A DNA stretch of 64,000 bases, taken from the NCBI GenBank assembly GCA_965223845.1, contig CBDCXR010000004.1, forward strand, positions 1,824,001 to 1,888,000, in the 5' to 3' direction. The position numbers and the translations under genes are program-made. Under the pieces are notes generated by a model. The model saw only the letters and a list, made by a program, of their open reading frames with translations. It did not search any database and was not told the origin of the DNA. The DNA is from Planctomycetota bacterium (GTDB lineage Bacteria; Planctomycetota; UBA8108; SXIK01). Below, piece by piece: positions 53,171 to 63,509 of this stretch. Position 1 is the first letter of the stretch, and every line of letters starts with the position of its first letter.

Positions 53171-54259
53171 ATGAGTACACCCGGGAAAAGAACTCACGCC
53201 TTTCTGCTGGGGTTGGTCTTTTGGGTAGCCCCTCACCTCGTAGCCGAAGAAATCTCTGCAACTGAATCTCGGCCGCAGTTGCCGGATCCGGACGGGCTGT
53301 CCGCCGATCCGAAGAAACCCGTTCAGGTGTTCATTCTGCTCGGTCAGTCGAACATGCTCGGCTTCGGAAAACTCGGCCCCGAAGAAAAGAATGGGACGCT
53401 GACGTCTCTTACGAAGAAGCACGGGAAATATCCGCATCTGCTGACCGACGACGGCGGCTGGACCGAGAGGAAGGACGTCCGCTACGTCCAGGTGATGCAT
53501 CGAAACGGCAAGATGCACACGCTGCGGAATGAGTGGCTCACCGTGAAGGGAAACGTGGGACCGGAGCTTCAATTCGGCCACGTCGTGGGTCACGCTCTCG
53601 ACGAGCCGGTGCTGATCTTGAAATCCTGCATCGGAAACCGCAGTCTCGGCTGGGATCTGCTTCCTCCGGGAAGCGAACGCTTCGAGTTTGAGGGGAAGGT
53701 TTACGCGGGCTACAAGGAATCTCCGCTCTCGTGGGAGAAGGGCACGGAACCGAAGCCCATCGCGTGGTACGCCGGGAAGCAGTACGACGACGACATCGCG
53801 AACGCGAAGCGGATCCTCGCGAACCTCGGCGAGTTTTATCCCGGCGCAGAAAAGTACGAGGTGGCCGGCTTCGTCTGGTGGCAGGGTCACAAGGATCAGA
53901 ACGCCGCGCACGCGAGTCGCTACGAGCAGAACCTCGTACATCTCATCACGACGCTCCGGAAGGACTTCAGTGCGCCGGAGGCGAAATTCGTGCTCGCAAC
54001 GATCGCTTTTGGCGGGAAGAAGCTGAAGGGGCACGGCCTCACGGTCGCAAACGCGCAGCTCGCCGTGAGCGGTGAGACGGGCAAGTACCCGGAGTTCAGG
54101 GGCAACGTGAAAACCATCGACGCTCGGCCCTTTTGGCGGGAGAAGAGCGTCTCTCCGACCGGGGCTGGACATCACTACAACCACAACGCCGAAACCTACA
54201 TGGAGGTCGGTGGGGCGCTCGGGTGGGCGATGGTGGACCTATTGGCGAGCGGTAAGTAG
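53171..54259 (+). CDS. Sialate O-acetylesterase (SASA/DUF303)-family carbohydrate esterase
   Basis: VFILLGQSNM, VGPELQFG, FVWWQGHKD, GHHYN; signal peptide. Confidence 0.85.
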   Translation: MSTPGKRTHAFLLGLVFWVAPHLVAEEISATESRPQLPDPDGLSADPKKPVQVFILLGQSNMLGFGKLGPEEKNGTLTSLTKKHGKYPHLLTDDGGWTERKDVRYVQVMHRNGKMHTLRNEWLTVKGNVGPELQFGHVVGHALDEPVLILKSCIGNRSLGWDLLPPGSERFEFEGKVYAGYKESPLSWEKGTEPKPIAWYAGKQYDDDIANAKRILANLGEFYPGAEKYEVAGFVWWQGHKDQNAAHASRYEQNLVHLITTLRKDFSAPEAKFVLATIAFGGKKLKGHGLTVANAQLAVSGETGKYPEFRGNVKTIDARPFWREKSVSPTGAGHHYNHNAETYMEVGGALGWAMVDLLASGK

Positions 54260-54273
54260 ACGAGACTCGACCG

Positions 54274-55743
54274 TTGATCCCCATCCAGTCACTGCGATCG
54301 CGTTCGAAACTCCCGTTCATCTCCGGGGTATTTCTCCTTGGAGTCGACTTCTCTTCGCTGGCGTCGGCGGAGAGCCGGCCGAACATCGTTCTCCTCATAG
54401 CCGATGACCTCGGCTACGGCGAGCTCGGTTGCCAGGGAAGCACGGACATCCCCACACCCCACATCGACTCCCTCGCGCGTGATGGCGTCCGATTCACCGC
54501 CGGCTACGTGACGGCGGCCTACTGCAGTCCCTCACGCGCCGGTCTGATGACCGGGCGCTACCAGACGCGTTTCGGGTACGAGTTCAATCCGATTGGCGCG
54601 GACAACGAGGATCGAGCCGTCGGCTTGCCGCGGCGGGAGAAAACTCTCGCTCAGCGACTGAAAGAAGTCGGCTACACGACGGCCCTCATCGGCAAGTGGC
54701 ATCTCGGCGGCCACCCCGCACATCATCCTCGTCGTCGCGGGTTTGACGAGTTCTTCGGCTTCACGCACGAGGGGCACTTCTTTCTTCCGCCACCCTACCG
54801 GGGCGCCGTGACGATGCTCAGGCGGAAGACACTCCCCGACGGCGCGCGCGGTCGCTGGACGAGTTCCGACGGCAGCTTGATCTATACGACGCACATGGGC
54901 CACAACGAGCCGCCCTACGACGCGAACAACCCGATCGTGCGAGACGGTCAACCGGTCGTCGAGACGGCGTACCTGACGGATGCGTTCACTCGCGAGGCGC
55001 TCGACTTCATCGACCGAAGCCTCGATCGTCCGTTCTTACTTTGTCTCGCCTACAACGCGGTTCACAGCCCGCTCCAAGGCGCTGACGGCTACATGAAGCG
55101 ATTCGCCGCGATCCCGGACCTTCACCGGCGCATTTTTGCCGCGATGCTCGCGAATCTCGACGACAGCGTCGGCGCGGTCCTCGACAAGTTGCGCACGGAG
55201 GGGCTGGACGAACGAACGCTCATTGTCTTCCTCAGCGACAATGGCGGGCCGACACGCGAGCTTACGTCGAGCAATCGCCCGCTTCGCGGTGAAAAAGGCG
55301 ATCTGTACGAAGGGGGGATTCGCGTGCCGTTCTTGATGCGGTGGACGGGAACGCTCCCATCGCGATCGGTCTACGAGAAGCCGGTCATCGCCTTCGACAT
55401 TTTTGCGACGGCACTCGCGGCAGCGGGAATCGAGGCATCACCGACCGATCGAGTTGACGGTGTCGACCTTCGGCCTTTTCTGACGGGGGACAACGACGCC
55501 TCGCCACACGAGGTTCTGTTCTGGCGCTTCCGGCAGCGGTCGGCGGTTCGTGTCGGCGACTGGAAGCTCGTGAGAAACTCCAGGCGTGGTCCATCGGATG
55601 CCTGGGAGCTCTTCGATCTCTCCCGCGATGTCGGCGAGACGAAGGACCTCGCGCCGACTCAGCCGACCAAAGTGGACGAACTCGCCGAGATTTGGCGGCG
55701 GATCGCCGGCGAGATGGTCGAGCCGATCTGGATGCGCAGGTAG
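54274..55743 (+). CDS. Formylglycine-dependent sulfatase (arylsulfatase A-like, S1)
   Basis: RPNIVLLIADDLGYG; CSPSRAGLMTGRY; GYTTALIGKWHLG; FLSDNGG; YEGGIRVPF. TTG start is uncertain. Confidence 0.95.
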   Translation: MIPIQSLRSRSKLPFISGVFLLGVDFSSLASAESRPNIVLLIADDLGYGELGCQGSTDIPTPHIDSLARDGVRFTAGYVTAAYCSPSRAGLMTGRYQTRFGYEFNPIGADNEDRAVGLPRREKTLAQRLKEVGYTTALIGKWHLGGHPAHHPRRRGFDEFFGFTHEGHFFLPPPYRGAVTMLRRKTLPDGARGRWTSSDGSLIYTTHMGHNEPPYDANNPIVRDGQPVVETAYLTDAFTREALDFIDRSLDRPFLLCLAYNAVHSPLQGADGYMKRFAAIPDLHRRIFAAMLANLDDSVGAVLDKLRTEGLDERTLIVFLSDNGGPTRELTSSNRPLRGEKGDLYEGGIRVPFLMRWTGTLPSRSVYEKPVIAFDIFATALAAAGIEASPTDRVDGVDLRPFLTGDNDASPHEVLFWRFRQRSAVRVGDWKLVRNSRRGPSDAWELFDLSRDVGETKDLAPTQPTKVDELAEIWRRIAGEMVEPIWMRR

Positions 55744-55782
55744 AGGTGGAGCTTCACGAGCGAAGCACTCCGGCAGTCGCGT

Positions 55783-57303
55783 TCAACTGCTGATCGAATC
55801 GACGTTGTTCCCCAGGTTTCGGTAGTCGATGAACTCCTTCGGATCCGTTCCGTTCAAGTACTCTTCGACGTTCGTATAGCCGTCGCGGTCGAGATCGGTG
55901 GTGGCGTCCGCGGCGCGTTCCGCGTCGAGCCCGTGGTTCCGCTCCCAGTCGTCGGGCATTCCATCTCGATCCGAGTCCGCAGGCACGTCGCTCGCCTGAA
56001 ACTCGTACTTGGGGAAGCCACCGACCTCGGCCGGGCTCTTGATGATGCCATTTGGTGCGATCATCTTCCCCGTGCGTACGCTTTCGATCACCCTGCGGTC
56101 GACGGCGTCGCGCTTCGGCCGGGTCGCCCCGGCCTGCGCGAGAACCGCCTCGTAGGCCCGCTCTGCCGTCTCCTGCCGAACGGGCCACGCCTCGAACGCA
56201 GTGTTGACGCGCGCGAGTCGCTCCGGGCCGCGCATTCCCTTCCAGTTCTCCCGCGTCACCTCCGGCGCACCGTCGACAATGTTGCCCGCGACGTACCACT
56301 TCCCCGGTCGCTTCCCCGCACTGCCGAACCAAGCTCCCGCTTCGAAGCGACGTCCGGGCGAGTACATATCGCGCTCTTCGATGCGTGCGATGACATGGCG
56401 CATGTTCGACTTCGCCGCCGGGCCAGGCTTGTAGTAATTGTTGATCACGTTGATCAGCGAGGTTTCGTCGCCGCCGTCCATCGTGCGGTGCCGCCAGTTG
56501 AAGATGACGTTGTTGCGAAAGTCGAACTCTCCGCCCATGCCGATCGATGGGTTCCGTCCCGTATTGCACGCGAAGAGATTGTGGTGGAACGTCGAGTCCT
56601 CTCCGCCCCATGTACCGCCGAACGCGTGGTTCTTGGCGTCGAGAGCTTCACTCGAAATGCAAAACTGCACCGTCACGTTCTTGGTCGGGTATTTGATGAG
56701 TCGACCGTCTTCCTCCTTCATGCAGCGGTAGAGCGAGAGATTCTCGTCCATCCCCCAGCTCGTCGAACAGTGGTCGACGATGACCCGACCCTCGGGATTG
56801 CCGCCGATATTGTCGGATCCCTGCCCGCCCTCGGCGAGACCGCGCCGGACCCGCAGGTGACGGAGAACAACCTCGTGCGTGTTGATATTGAGGGAATCGT
56901 GAGCGATGCAGATCCCGTCGCCGGGCGCCGTCTGTCCGGCGATCGTGATGAACGGGTGCTCGATATCGAGTGAACTCTCGAGCTCGATGATCCCCGCGAC
57001 ACGAAAGACGACCGTACGCGGTCCATCCGCCGCCACCGCTGCGCGAAGAGTGCCGGGGCCGCGGTCGCCGAGGCTGTCGACGATGAGAACGCGCCCGCCC
57101 CGACCACCGCGTGTGAACATCCCGCCTCCCCAGGCGCCGGGGAAGGCCGGGATGTCGTCCGGAAGGCGAGGGGGTAGTGGGGGACTTTGACCTGGCTCCG
57201 GCGGAGACACTTCCGCGTCGGATGCCGTCGGCGACGGCGCGACGAGCTCCAAGGCGAAGAGGGCCGCGAGAGCCGTACACGAAAACGAAAGGCGTCGGTT
57301 CAT
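55783..57303 (-). CDS. Secreted pectate lyase (PL1-like) with C-terminal Ca-binding DxDxDG repeats
   Basis: AFPGAWGGG..TRGGRGG; GPGTLR; TIAGQTAPGDGI; IVDHCSTSWGMDE; GRNP; DSDRDGMPDDWE...DGYTNVEEYLNG. Confidence 0.92.
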   Translation of the reverse strand: MNRRLSFSCTALAALFALELVAPSPTASDAEVSPPEPGQSPPLPPRLPDDIPAFPGAWGGGMFTRGGRGGRVLIVDSLGDRGPGTLRAAVAADGPRTVVFRVAGIIELESSLDIEHPFITIAGQTAPGDGICIAHDSLNINTHEVVLRHLRVRRGLAEGGQGSDNIGGNPEGRVIVDHCSTSWGMDENLSLYRCMKEEDGRLIKYPTKNVTVQFCISSEALDAKNHAFGGTWGGEDSTFHHNLFACNTGRNPSIGMGGEFDFRNNVIFNWRHRTMDGGDETSLINVINNYYKPGPAAKSNMRHVIARIEERDMYSPGRRFEAGAWFGSAGKRPGKWYVAGNIVDGAPEVTRENWKGMRGPERLARVNTAFEAWPVRQETAERAYEAVLAQAGATRPKRDAVDRRVIESVRTGKMIAPNGIIKSPAEVGGFPKYEFQASDVPADSDRDGMPDDWERNHGLDAERAADATTDLDRDGYTNVEEYLNGTDPKEFIDYRNLGNNVDSISS

Positions 57304-57397
57304 AGGTTCGTGGTGTCCTATCTCGACGTGAACCAGCGTACGACTGGCCCCGGACGTGCGACGTTCAACTGGACTTTCCTCCGGCCCGAGAGATCAC

Positions 57398-58444
57398 CTA
57401 TCCACTGTCCGCATCGCTGGCACGACGTCGTCTCTTCCGTCCTAGGATCGCCGTGGCGACGATCGCGCCGATGACGGTGATCGTCACGATAGGAAGGGTC
57501 CATTTCCGAAACAAACCTTCGGGGTGCCCGCGCGCAGCGGTCGAGGTTTCGCGCGCAAACACGAGCTCCACCGCATCCTCGACCCAGACGTGCGAGGTAT
57601 CCAGGTCTCGCAGGGAATCGCTTGCCGCCCAGCCGCGGACTGCTTCGAACAGCTTTGAATCCGCGATGGACTCTTTTCTCGTGTCCGGAGGTCGCTCCGC
57701 CGTTGAGAGCACGTGCTTACCGGCGAGCCAAACCAGAGCCTCGAGCACCACTGCGATCTCGTCCGACCGGAGAGCTTCGATCCAGTCTTCGGACGTCCGT
57801 GAAGGGATGTCGGGGCCTCGAGCGACGATGTCGTTCCAGTAGCGATTGCGAATCGGCCGTCCGGCTCCGTCTTCCAAACGAACGAGCGCGATGCGATCGT
57901 CGAGCACGGCATAGAACTGACGCTCCTCTCGTTTCTTCGTGAACCCGTTGCCGTAGGTTCGGACGAGAACGAGATCGCGATCGATCGCCGGCCGATCGAC
58001 GAGAACGGCGTCGCGGATGAACATGCGATACCCGGTCCGCGCGAGCGTCGATCCCAAGTGCGACCACTCGGCATCGAATAGGCGTAGGTGAACGACGGAG
58101 AGATCCGGTACGTCGTACCCCGGATATGCCTCGAGCACGACCCACTTCGCTGGGCCGCGCTCGACCCGAAACACTGCCCAAGGCCGAAGGCGTTCCGCGA
58201 AAAAGGGATGCGGAGGACGCGCGAGCGCGGACAGCGACTCTCGCAGGCGCTTGTTCTCCGTCGGTTCGAGATGCCGCAGGTCCCGTCCGACGAACGCCTC
58301 GAGGACGCGAGGGCCCCGCTCGGCGACGATCGGCCGAGGCTCCGGGGACTGGGCGAGAACCGTCGTGCCCGTCGCGACTAGGAGAGCGGTGGAGAACGAG
58401 TGGGTCCTAAGCATTCGGCGCTGTTTTTCGAAGGAAACCGCCAT
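57398..58444 (-). CDS. Hypothetical exported protein with C-terminal TM helix and basic tail
   Basis: Signal-like N-terminus (alternative start 58414); ends WTLPIVTITVIGAIVATAILGRKRRRR; fills the gap between co-oriented genes. Confidence 0.65.
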   Translation of the reverse strand: MAVSFEKQRRMLRTHSFSTALLVATGTTVLAQSPEPRPIVAERGPRVLEAFVGRDLRHLEPTENKRLRESLSALARPPHPFFAERLRPWAVFRVERGPAKWVVLEAYPGYDVPDLSVVHLRLFDAEWSHLGSTLARTGYRMFIRDAVLVDRPAIDRDLVLVRTYGNGFTKKREERQFYAVLDDRIALVRLEDGAGRPIRNRYWNDIVARGPDIPSRTSEDWIEALRSDEIAVVLEALVWLAGKHVLSTAERPPDTRKESIADSKLFEAVRGWAASDSLRDLDTSHVWVEDAVELVFARETSTAARGHPEGLFRKWTLPIVTITVIGAIVATAILGRKRRRRASDADSG

Positions 58445-58523
58445 GAGACACGAATCAAGTGCGGCCCCGGTCGAACGTCGACGAGATCTCGCGGACTCGT
58501 GGGCGCTCGGAACCGCGGGAGGA

Positions 58524-61500
58524 TCACCGATCCCGCAGCTTCACCCGTACCGTCGTCGTTGGCACGCGCAAGAGCAAGAAGCAGTCGTGGACGCCTTTCT
58601 CCAAGTTCGCCGTCCCCGCCCCGACGATCCCCGCTCGTTGCCCGTTCACCCAGAGCTCCGCTCCGTTCGCCGGGACGCCTGGGATTTCGATCTCGATCGT
58701 GGTCGCGCGTTCCGCGTTCACCTCGAACCGTAGCACTCTCGGGCCGCCGGCCGTCACGGGAGTGAGCCCCGCCGTCGGTAGCGAACCGTCGACGAGGCTG
58801 AATTGCGACTTCCACTTGAGAGTGTCGGCGCGCGACGAGATCGCAGCGATACTTGCGGCCGCCTCGAGAGACGCCGGGGCTGCCTCGAGCACGCTCCAAG
58901 TGCGCACGAAACGCGCGGTCGGCAGTGTGTACGGGCCAGGGCGCCCGAGCTCCGAAAGAAAGCGCGTCAGGTCGACGAGCTCGTCGCGCCGAAGCGTCTG
59001 CGTCAGCCCCTGCGGCATGATCGAAGTGTCGGCTGCGTCCACAGAGAGGACACTCGAAGCAGGGATCTCGATCAGTCGATCTTTCGTGTCTCGCAGCGTG
59101 ACACCTTCGCCGCCGCGGCGGAGGATCGTTCCGCTGTGGATCGCCCCGGTCTCCTCGACGACGACAACCGGCTCGTATCCCTCCTTGATCTTCGCACTCG
59201 GATCGAGCAGAGCTTCGAGGATATGGACTACCTGCGAACTGCCGCCGAGACTGCTGAGATCCGGACCCACCCGGCCGCCGGCACCGCCGATCGCGTGACA
59301 GGTCGTGCAGCGGAGCTCGTCGCGAAGGTAGGTCGTCTCGCCGCGTACGGGGTCACCCTTCTCTCCGATATCTCGGAGCAGCGCGGCGAGCTCGGCGGGC
59401 GGCGGCATGGCGGTGATCGGGCTCAGATCGCCGGCGCGCGTCAGCTCCTCGACGAGTTGCTTCATGTCCCGGCCCGTGGACAGCGCAACGCGAATTCCGG
59501 CGGCCGCCACCTCGGTGGTTAGCTTCGCGTCTTTGAGCGCGGACGTGAGGTGCGCATCCGCGCCCGACTGACCGACGAACGCGTCGAAGAGGAGCTCGAC
59601 GTCGTCCGCTCGCCTTGCTCCGACCAAAAGATCCGTCGCGACCGCCGCCGCGCGCCTCGGGTCGATCGTCGCGAGAGCTGCGGTCGCCGGGACGCGCGCG
59701 ACCGAGCTCTCTCCCGCGTTGGCGGACAGCGCAGCGAGTGTCTCAGGACCCTCGCCGCCGATGCGAGCGAGCGAGATCGCAGCCGAGTGGCGCGTCGGCG
59801 TTGTCGCGTCGGGATCGCGGACGACTCGCCGAAGCTCGGTCAGGGCCTCTGAGATCTTCCAGTCGCCAACGAGCCGCGTCGCGGCCTCAAGCAAGCGCAC
59901 GTTCGCGGTCGCGAGCGCGTCGACGACGCGATTCGCGTTCGGGGGTGCGGGCCTTCCGCGTCGCGCGCCGCGGCTGAGCGCTTCGAGCAACCCGGCGGAT
60001 CCTCCGGCATTCGTCTTCGCCTGCTCGAGCGCGGTTTCGAGAACGAGCGCGAGATCGTCGGGCGCTCCGAGCGATCCGATCAGCTCGAGAGCGTCTCTCC
60101 GCTCGCGTCCCTCGATCTTGCCGGCGCGCACGAAGTCGACGAGTGGACGAAGCGATGCTTCCTTGCCGACGGCGCTGAGCGCGAACGCGACTCGATTCGG
60201 TTTGCCGCCAAAGATCGGCCTCCCCGCGACGAGCATCGGAAGCCAGGTCGACTCGAGCTCTCGAGCGGCGAGCCAAATCGCGTAATCGAGCGAGCGATCG
60301 CGCGGACGATCGAGTGCCGCAAGGGCGAGGTTTGCCCCGAGCGGTCCACCGATCTCTCTCGCCGCGGTGACGGCGGCCAGTCGAACTCGGGGACTCTCGT
60401 CGGCCACGCCGGCCGCGAGCATGGTCTCGAACCCGTCGAGTTTCGCGTTCCAGTCGGAGATGACCGGATAGGCGGCCGCGCGCACGCGAGGATCGCTCGC
60501 CGACGCGACGCGCTCGAGTAGCTGTTCGTCGGCCGCGCGTAGACCTTGAAGCACCCAGAGCGCCTCCATTTCCAGGTGCTCGAAGAGACTTCGATCGTCA
60601 TCGCCGAGCTTCCCCTCGACCTCGGCAAGCCAGGTTCGCAGGGCGGGGACAACGTTGTCTACGCCGCGCTCTCGAAGTAAGCGTCGCGCTTGGTCGCGGG
60701 TCCAGCCCTCCGGCTCCGCCAGGGCGTCGAGCAGCTCCCGAGTGTTCGCTCCAGCGAGGCGCGGCGGCTTCACGAGGTCGCGTCCCTTGGCGGTCAAGCG
60801 CCAGATCCGACCGTGGCGGTCGTCGCGAAGCGGGTGGTGAAAGTCCACCTCGCCGTGATCGATGATGGGGCTGTACCAATCGACGACGTAAATCGCTCCG
60901 TCCGGTCCCATTTTCACATCGACGGGCCGGTACGAGCGGTGCGTCGACGCGAGCACGTCGCCGTGGAACTTCGATGAGTAACCGCTCCCGCTGTCAGAGA
61001 GTTCGTAGCGCACGACGCGGTTCGCACGGAAGTCTCCGGTGACGAGGTTGCCACGCCAGGACTCGGGCAGGTGCCGGCCGGATAAGATCTCGAGACCGCA
61101 CTCCTTCGGACGCCCGCGGTTCAGCGTCTCGAGTGTGCGGTGAGCGCCCTTGGCCGTGCGGTAAGCGCTGCCAGCGAAGGTGTGACCGGGTCCGCCTCCG
61201 CCCGCGCCGTCGGTCGAGAAGGACTGCCCCCAGCGATCGAAAGCATGTCCCCAAGGATTGACGAGCCCGCGGCTGTGGATTTCGAGTCGAAGGATTTCCG
61301 GGCGGAGTCGCCAAGTTCCGGAGCCATTCAGTTGGCGAACTCCCCACGGCGTCTCGACCCACGAATTGATGTAGATCGACTGAGTGAAGTAGAGGTCTCC
61401 CCCCGGTCCCCAGCGAAGCCCGTGAATCATGTGGTGTACGTCGGCGTTGCCGAAGCCGGTGAAGAGAACGTGTCGCCGATCGGCGCGATCGTCGCCGTCG

Positions 61501-63233
61501 CTGTCTTCGAGAAAGAGTACGTCGGTCGACTGCGTCACGTAGGCCCCGCCCTGCGTCGGGAGCACCGAGTGCGGTATCAGCAGCCCGTCGGCGAAGGTCT
61601 TCGAGGTATCCGCGCGCCCGTCGCCGTCGAGGTCTTCGAGAATGATGATGCGGTCGTTCGGCTCCTCTCCCGGCGCGAGGTGCGGGTAGATCGTGCTCGT
61701 TGCCACCCAGGCACGCCCCCGCTCATCCCAGTTCAGATTGATCGGGCTCGCGACCATCGGATCGGAGGCGAAAAGGCTCACCTCGAAGCCATCGGCGACG
61801 AGAAAGCGGTCGAGCTCCGCCGCTATGTCCGGAGGCTGCGCCGCGCCCGGAACTTCGTGATCCGGATAGTCGCGCTCCTTGACGATCTCCCAGAAGCGCG
61901 GGCGAGGACGGCGGAGACTCGAAATCTCGTCCTCCCGCTCACGCACCAGCGACGCGAACTGAGCCTGCTCGCCCTCGTGGTGGCCGCGCTCGTGGCGCCG
62001 AAAGAGGTAGATGTAGGCCTCGTTCTGCGGCCGGAAGAGATAGAAGAAGAGTCGGTTCTTGCGGACTATGGCGCGTCGCAGTTCCTCGACGCGGTCAAGA
62101 TCGGCGCCGCGCTCGATCGAGATTCCCTCGGCCCACGCGTCCGCGCTTCCTCTCGCGATGCGGCGTCCGCCGATGTCGAGGGCGTAGCTTCCGGGCAAGA
62201 GGCCAACCAATCGGAACCTCCGCATCGCGCCGCGGGCGAGACTCGGCAGGCGGTGGTCGAGCACCTGGAAGCGGAGTCCGAACTCGGATTCGCGAAACGC
62301 GCTGATCCCGCACCCCGACGACGTCTCGACGCCGCGTTCACGCGAAATCTCGAGCGACCAGCGTTCACCCGGCAATTGGAGGGAGCTCGACACGACGGAC
62401 GCGAGCGCGCGGTAGCCGAGCTCGTTCAGGTGTATGCCGTTGTCCGTTAGTCGTTCGCGCTCGCCCTCGGAGGCCCCCTGCTTTCGGCGAAGCTCGCCGA
62501 ATACGTCGACGTAGAGATGTCCTCGCTCTTCCGCGATCTCCGACAGGAGCTCTGCGACGCGTTCGAGCCATCGATTCTGGGGCGAAGGATCGGGCCACCC
62601 GTCTCCACGGGACTCCCGCGGCGGCGGGGAGAGGAGCACGACACGCGGCCCTACTGACTCAAGCGCGTCGAGAAGACGCTCGAGCCCGCTCCCGAAGCGC
62701 TCGAATCCGGCGGCACCTCCGAACGCGACGTTCGAACCGTACCCGATGAAGAGCACATCCGGACGCGCTTCCGCGAGCTGCTCGAGCATGCGCTGGAGCC
62801 CGTAGTCGCCGGTCTCCCGGTTCGGAGGTTTCCAGCCCGACCGGCCGTACTCACCCGGCCCGAAACCAATACGCGCCGATCCGGTGATGTCATCGCCCGG
62901 CCAGCCGAGGTTGCGGAATACGATGTCGCGCTCGGGGAAGCGGCGCGTCAGCTCGGTTTCAACATGGCAGAAGTGGCTCTCACGCTCGACGAACGTATTC
63001 CCGAGAAACGCGACCCGCAAGCGTCCGTCGGGTTCTTCGACATAGACCGGGCGAGGACGCGACGGATCACGCGTTCCCTCGAGGCCGGGGATCTTTAGCT
63101 TGCGCCAGTCAGCCGTCGGTTCGAGTGTGCCGAGATCGAGAAGCGGTTCCGCGACACCGGAATCGATGGTCGCAACCGTGAACACCGTGATCGTCGCGAC
63201 GGCAACGCGAGCGCCGCAAAAGAGATTTCGCAT
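58524..63233 (-). CDS. PVC-type CxxCH heme-binding dehydrogenase-like protein with N-terminal SGNH/GDSL-like domain
   Basis: VAFLGNTFVER...RNLGWPGD...DNGIHLN (SGNH-like, GNT instead of GDS); DGFEVSLFASDP...WDERGRAWV...RPVDVKMGPDGAIYVVDW; HEAT-like repeats; CTTCH...VGPDLSSLG...SIMPQGL. Confidence 0.92.
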   Translation of the reverse strand: MRNLFCGARVAVATITVFTVATIDSGVAEPLLDLGTLEPTADWRKLKIPGLEGTRDPSRPRPVYVEEPDGRLRVAFLGNTFVERESHFCHVETELTRRFPERDIVFRNLGWPGDDITGSARIGFGPGEYGRSGWKPPNRETGDYGLQRMLEQLAEARPDVLFIGYGSNVAFGGAAGFERFGSGLERLLDALESVGPRVVLLSPPPRESRGDGWPDPSPQNRWLERVAELLSEIAEERGHLYVDVFGELRRKQGASEGERERLTDNGIHLNELGYRALASVVSSSLQLPGERWSLEISRERGVETSSGCGISAFRESEFGLRFQVLDHRLPSLARGAMRRFRLVGLLPGSYALDIGGRRIARGSADAWAEGISIERGADLDRVEELRRAIVRKNRLFFYLFRPQNEAYIYLFRRHERGHHEGEQAQFASLVREREDEISSLRRPRPRFWEIVKERDYPDHEVPGAAQPPDIAAELDRFLVADGFEVSLFASDPMVASPINLNWDERGRAWVATSTIYPHLAPGEEPNDRIIILEDLDGDGRADTSKTFADGLLIPHSVLPTQGGAYVTQSTDVLFLEDSDGDDRADRRHVLFTGFGNADVHHMIHGLRWGPGGDLYFTQSIYINSWVETPWGVRQLNGSGTWRLRPEILRLEIHSRGLVNPWGHAFDRWGQSFSTDGAGGGGPGHTFAGSAYRTAKGAHRTLETLNRGRPKECGLEILSGRHLPESWRGNLVTGDFRANRVVRYELSDSGSGYSSKFHGDVLASTHRSYRPVDVKMGPDGAIYVVDWYSPIIDHGEVDFHHPLRDDRHGRIWRLTAKGRDLVKPPRLAGANTRELLDALAEPEGWTRDQARRLLRERGVDNVVPALRTWLAEVEGKLGDDDRSLFEHLEMEALWVLQGLRAADEQLLERVASASDPRVRAAAYPVISDWNAKLDGFETMLAAGVADESPRVRLAAVTAAREIGGPLGANLALAALDRPRDRSLDYAIWLAARELESTWLPMLVAGRPIFGGKPNRVAFALSAVGKEASLRPLVDFVRAGKIEGRERRDALELIGSLGAPDDLALVLETALEQAKTNAGGSAGLLEALSRGARRGRPAPPNANRVVDALATANVRLLEAATRLVGDWKISEALTELRRVVRDPDATTPTRHSAAISLARIGGEGPETLAALSANAGESSVARVPATAALATIDPRRAAAVATDLLVGARRADDVELLFDAFVGQSGADAHLTSALKDAKLTTEVAAAGIRVALSTGRDMKQLVEELTRAGDLSPITAMPPPAELAALLRDIGEKGDPVRGETTYLRDELRCTTCHAIGGAGGRVGPDLSSLGGSSQVVHILEALLDPSAKIKEGYEPVVVVEETGAIHSGTILRRGGEGVTLRDTKDRLIEIPASSVLSVDAADTSIMPQGLTQTLRRDELVDLTRFLSELGRPGPYTLPTARFVRTWSVLEAAPASLEAAASIAAISSRADTLKWKSQFSLVDGSLPTAGLTPVTAGGPRVLRFEVNAERATTIEIEIPGVPANGAELWVNGQRAGIVGAGTANLEKGVHDCFLLLRVPTTTVRVKLRDR

Positions 63234-63509
63234 CGAGAGACTCCAAGGGTATCAACCGCGTCGAGCGGGAACGATTGGAGACTATCCGACATGAAGCGAG
63301 TTTCGAAGGAGAGATCGGTAGGCGGCGTTCGCTCGAGTCTCGCGTCTCGCAGAAGAAGTCGCAAAAACACGCTGAGAGCGCTCTGGAGAAAGCGAAGACG
63401 GGCGGAAGAGTTCGTTCAAGATCGAGGCCCCAGCCGCGATCGTCAAGCCTCGGATCAACCGCTGAGTTGCGGTGCCGGACGAACCGTGCGAGGCTGCAGC
63501 GCGGTGCCG

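Noticed and set aside
61900-63030. SGNH domain with GNT instead of GDS as a novel dead esterase fusion
   Set aside because: This variant fused to PVC-type CxxCH proteins is a commonly seen architecture in planctomycetes and verrucomicrobia.
63234-63509. Plus-strand ORFs 63275..63538 and 63291..63839, or an ncRNA in this gap
   Set aside because: Low-complexity Arg/Ser-rich translations overlapping the minus-strand CDS; no RNA family features recognised.
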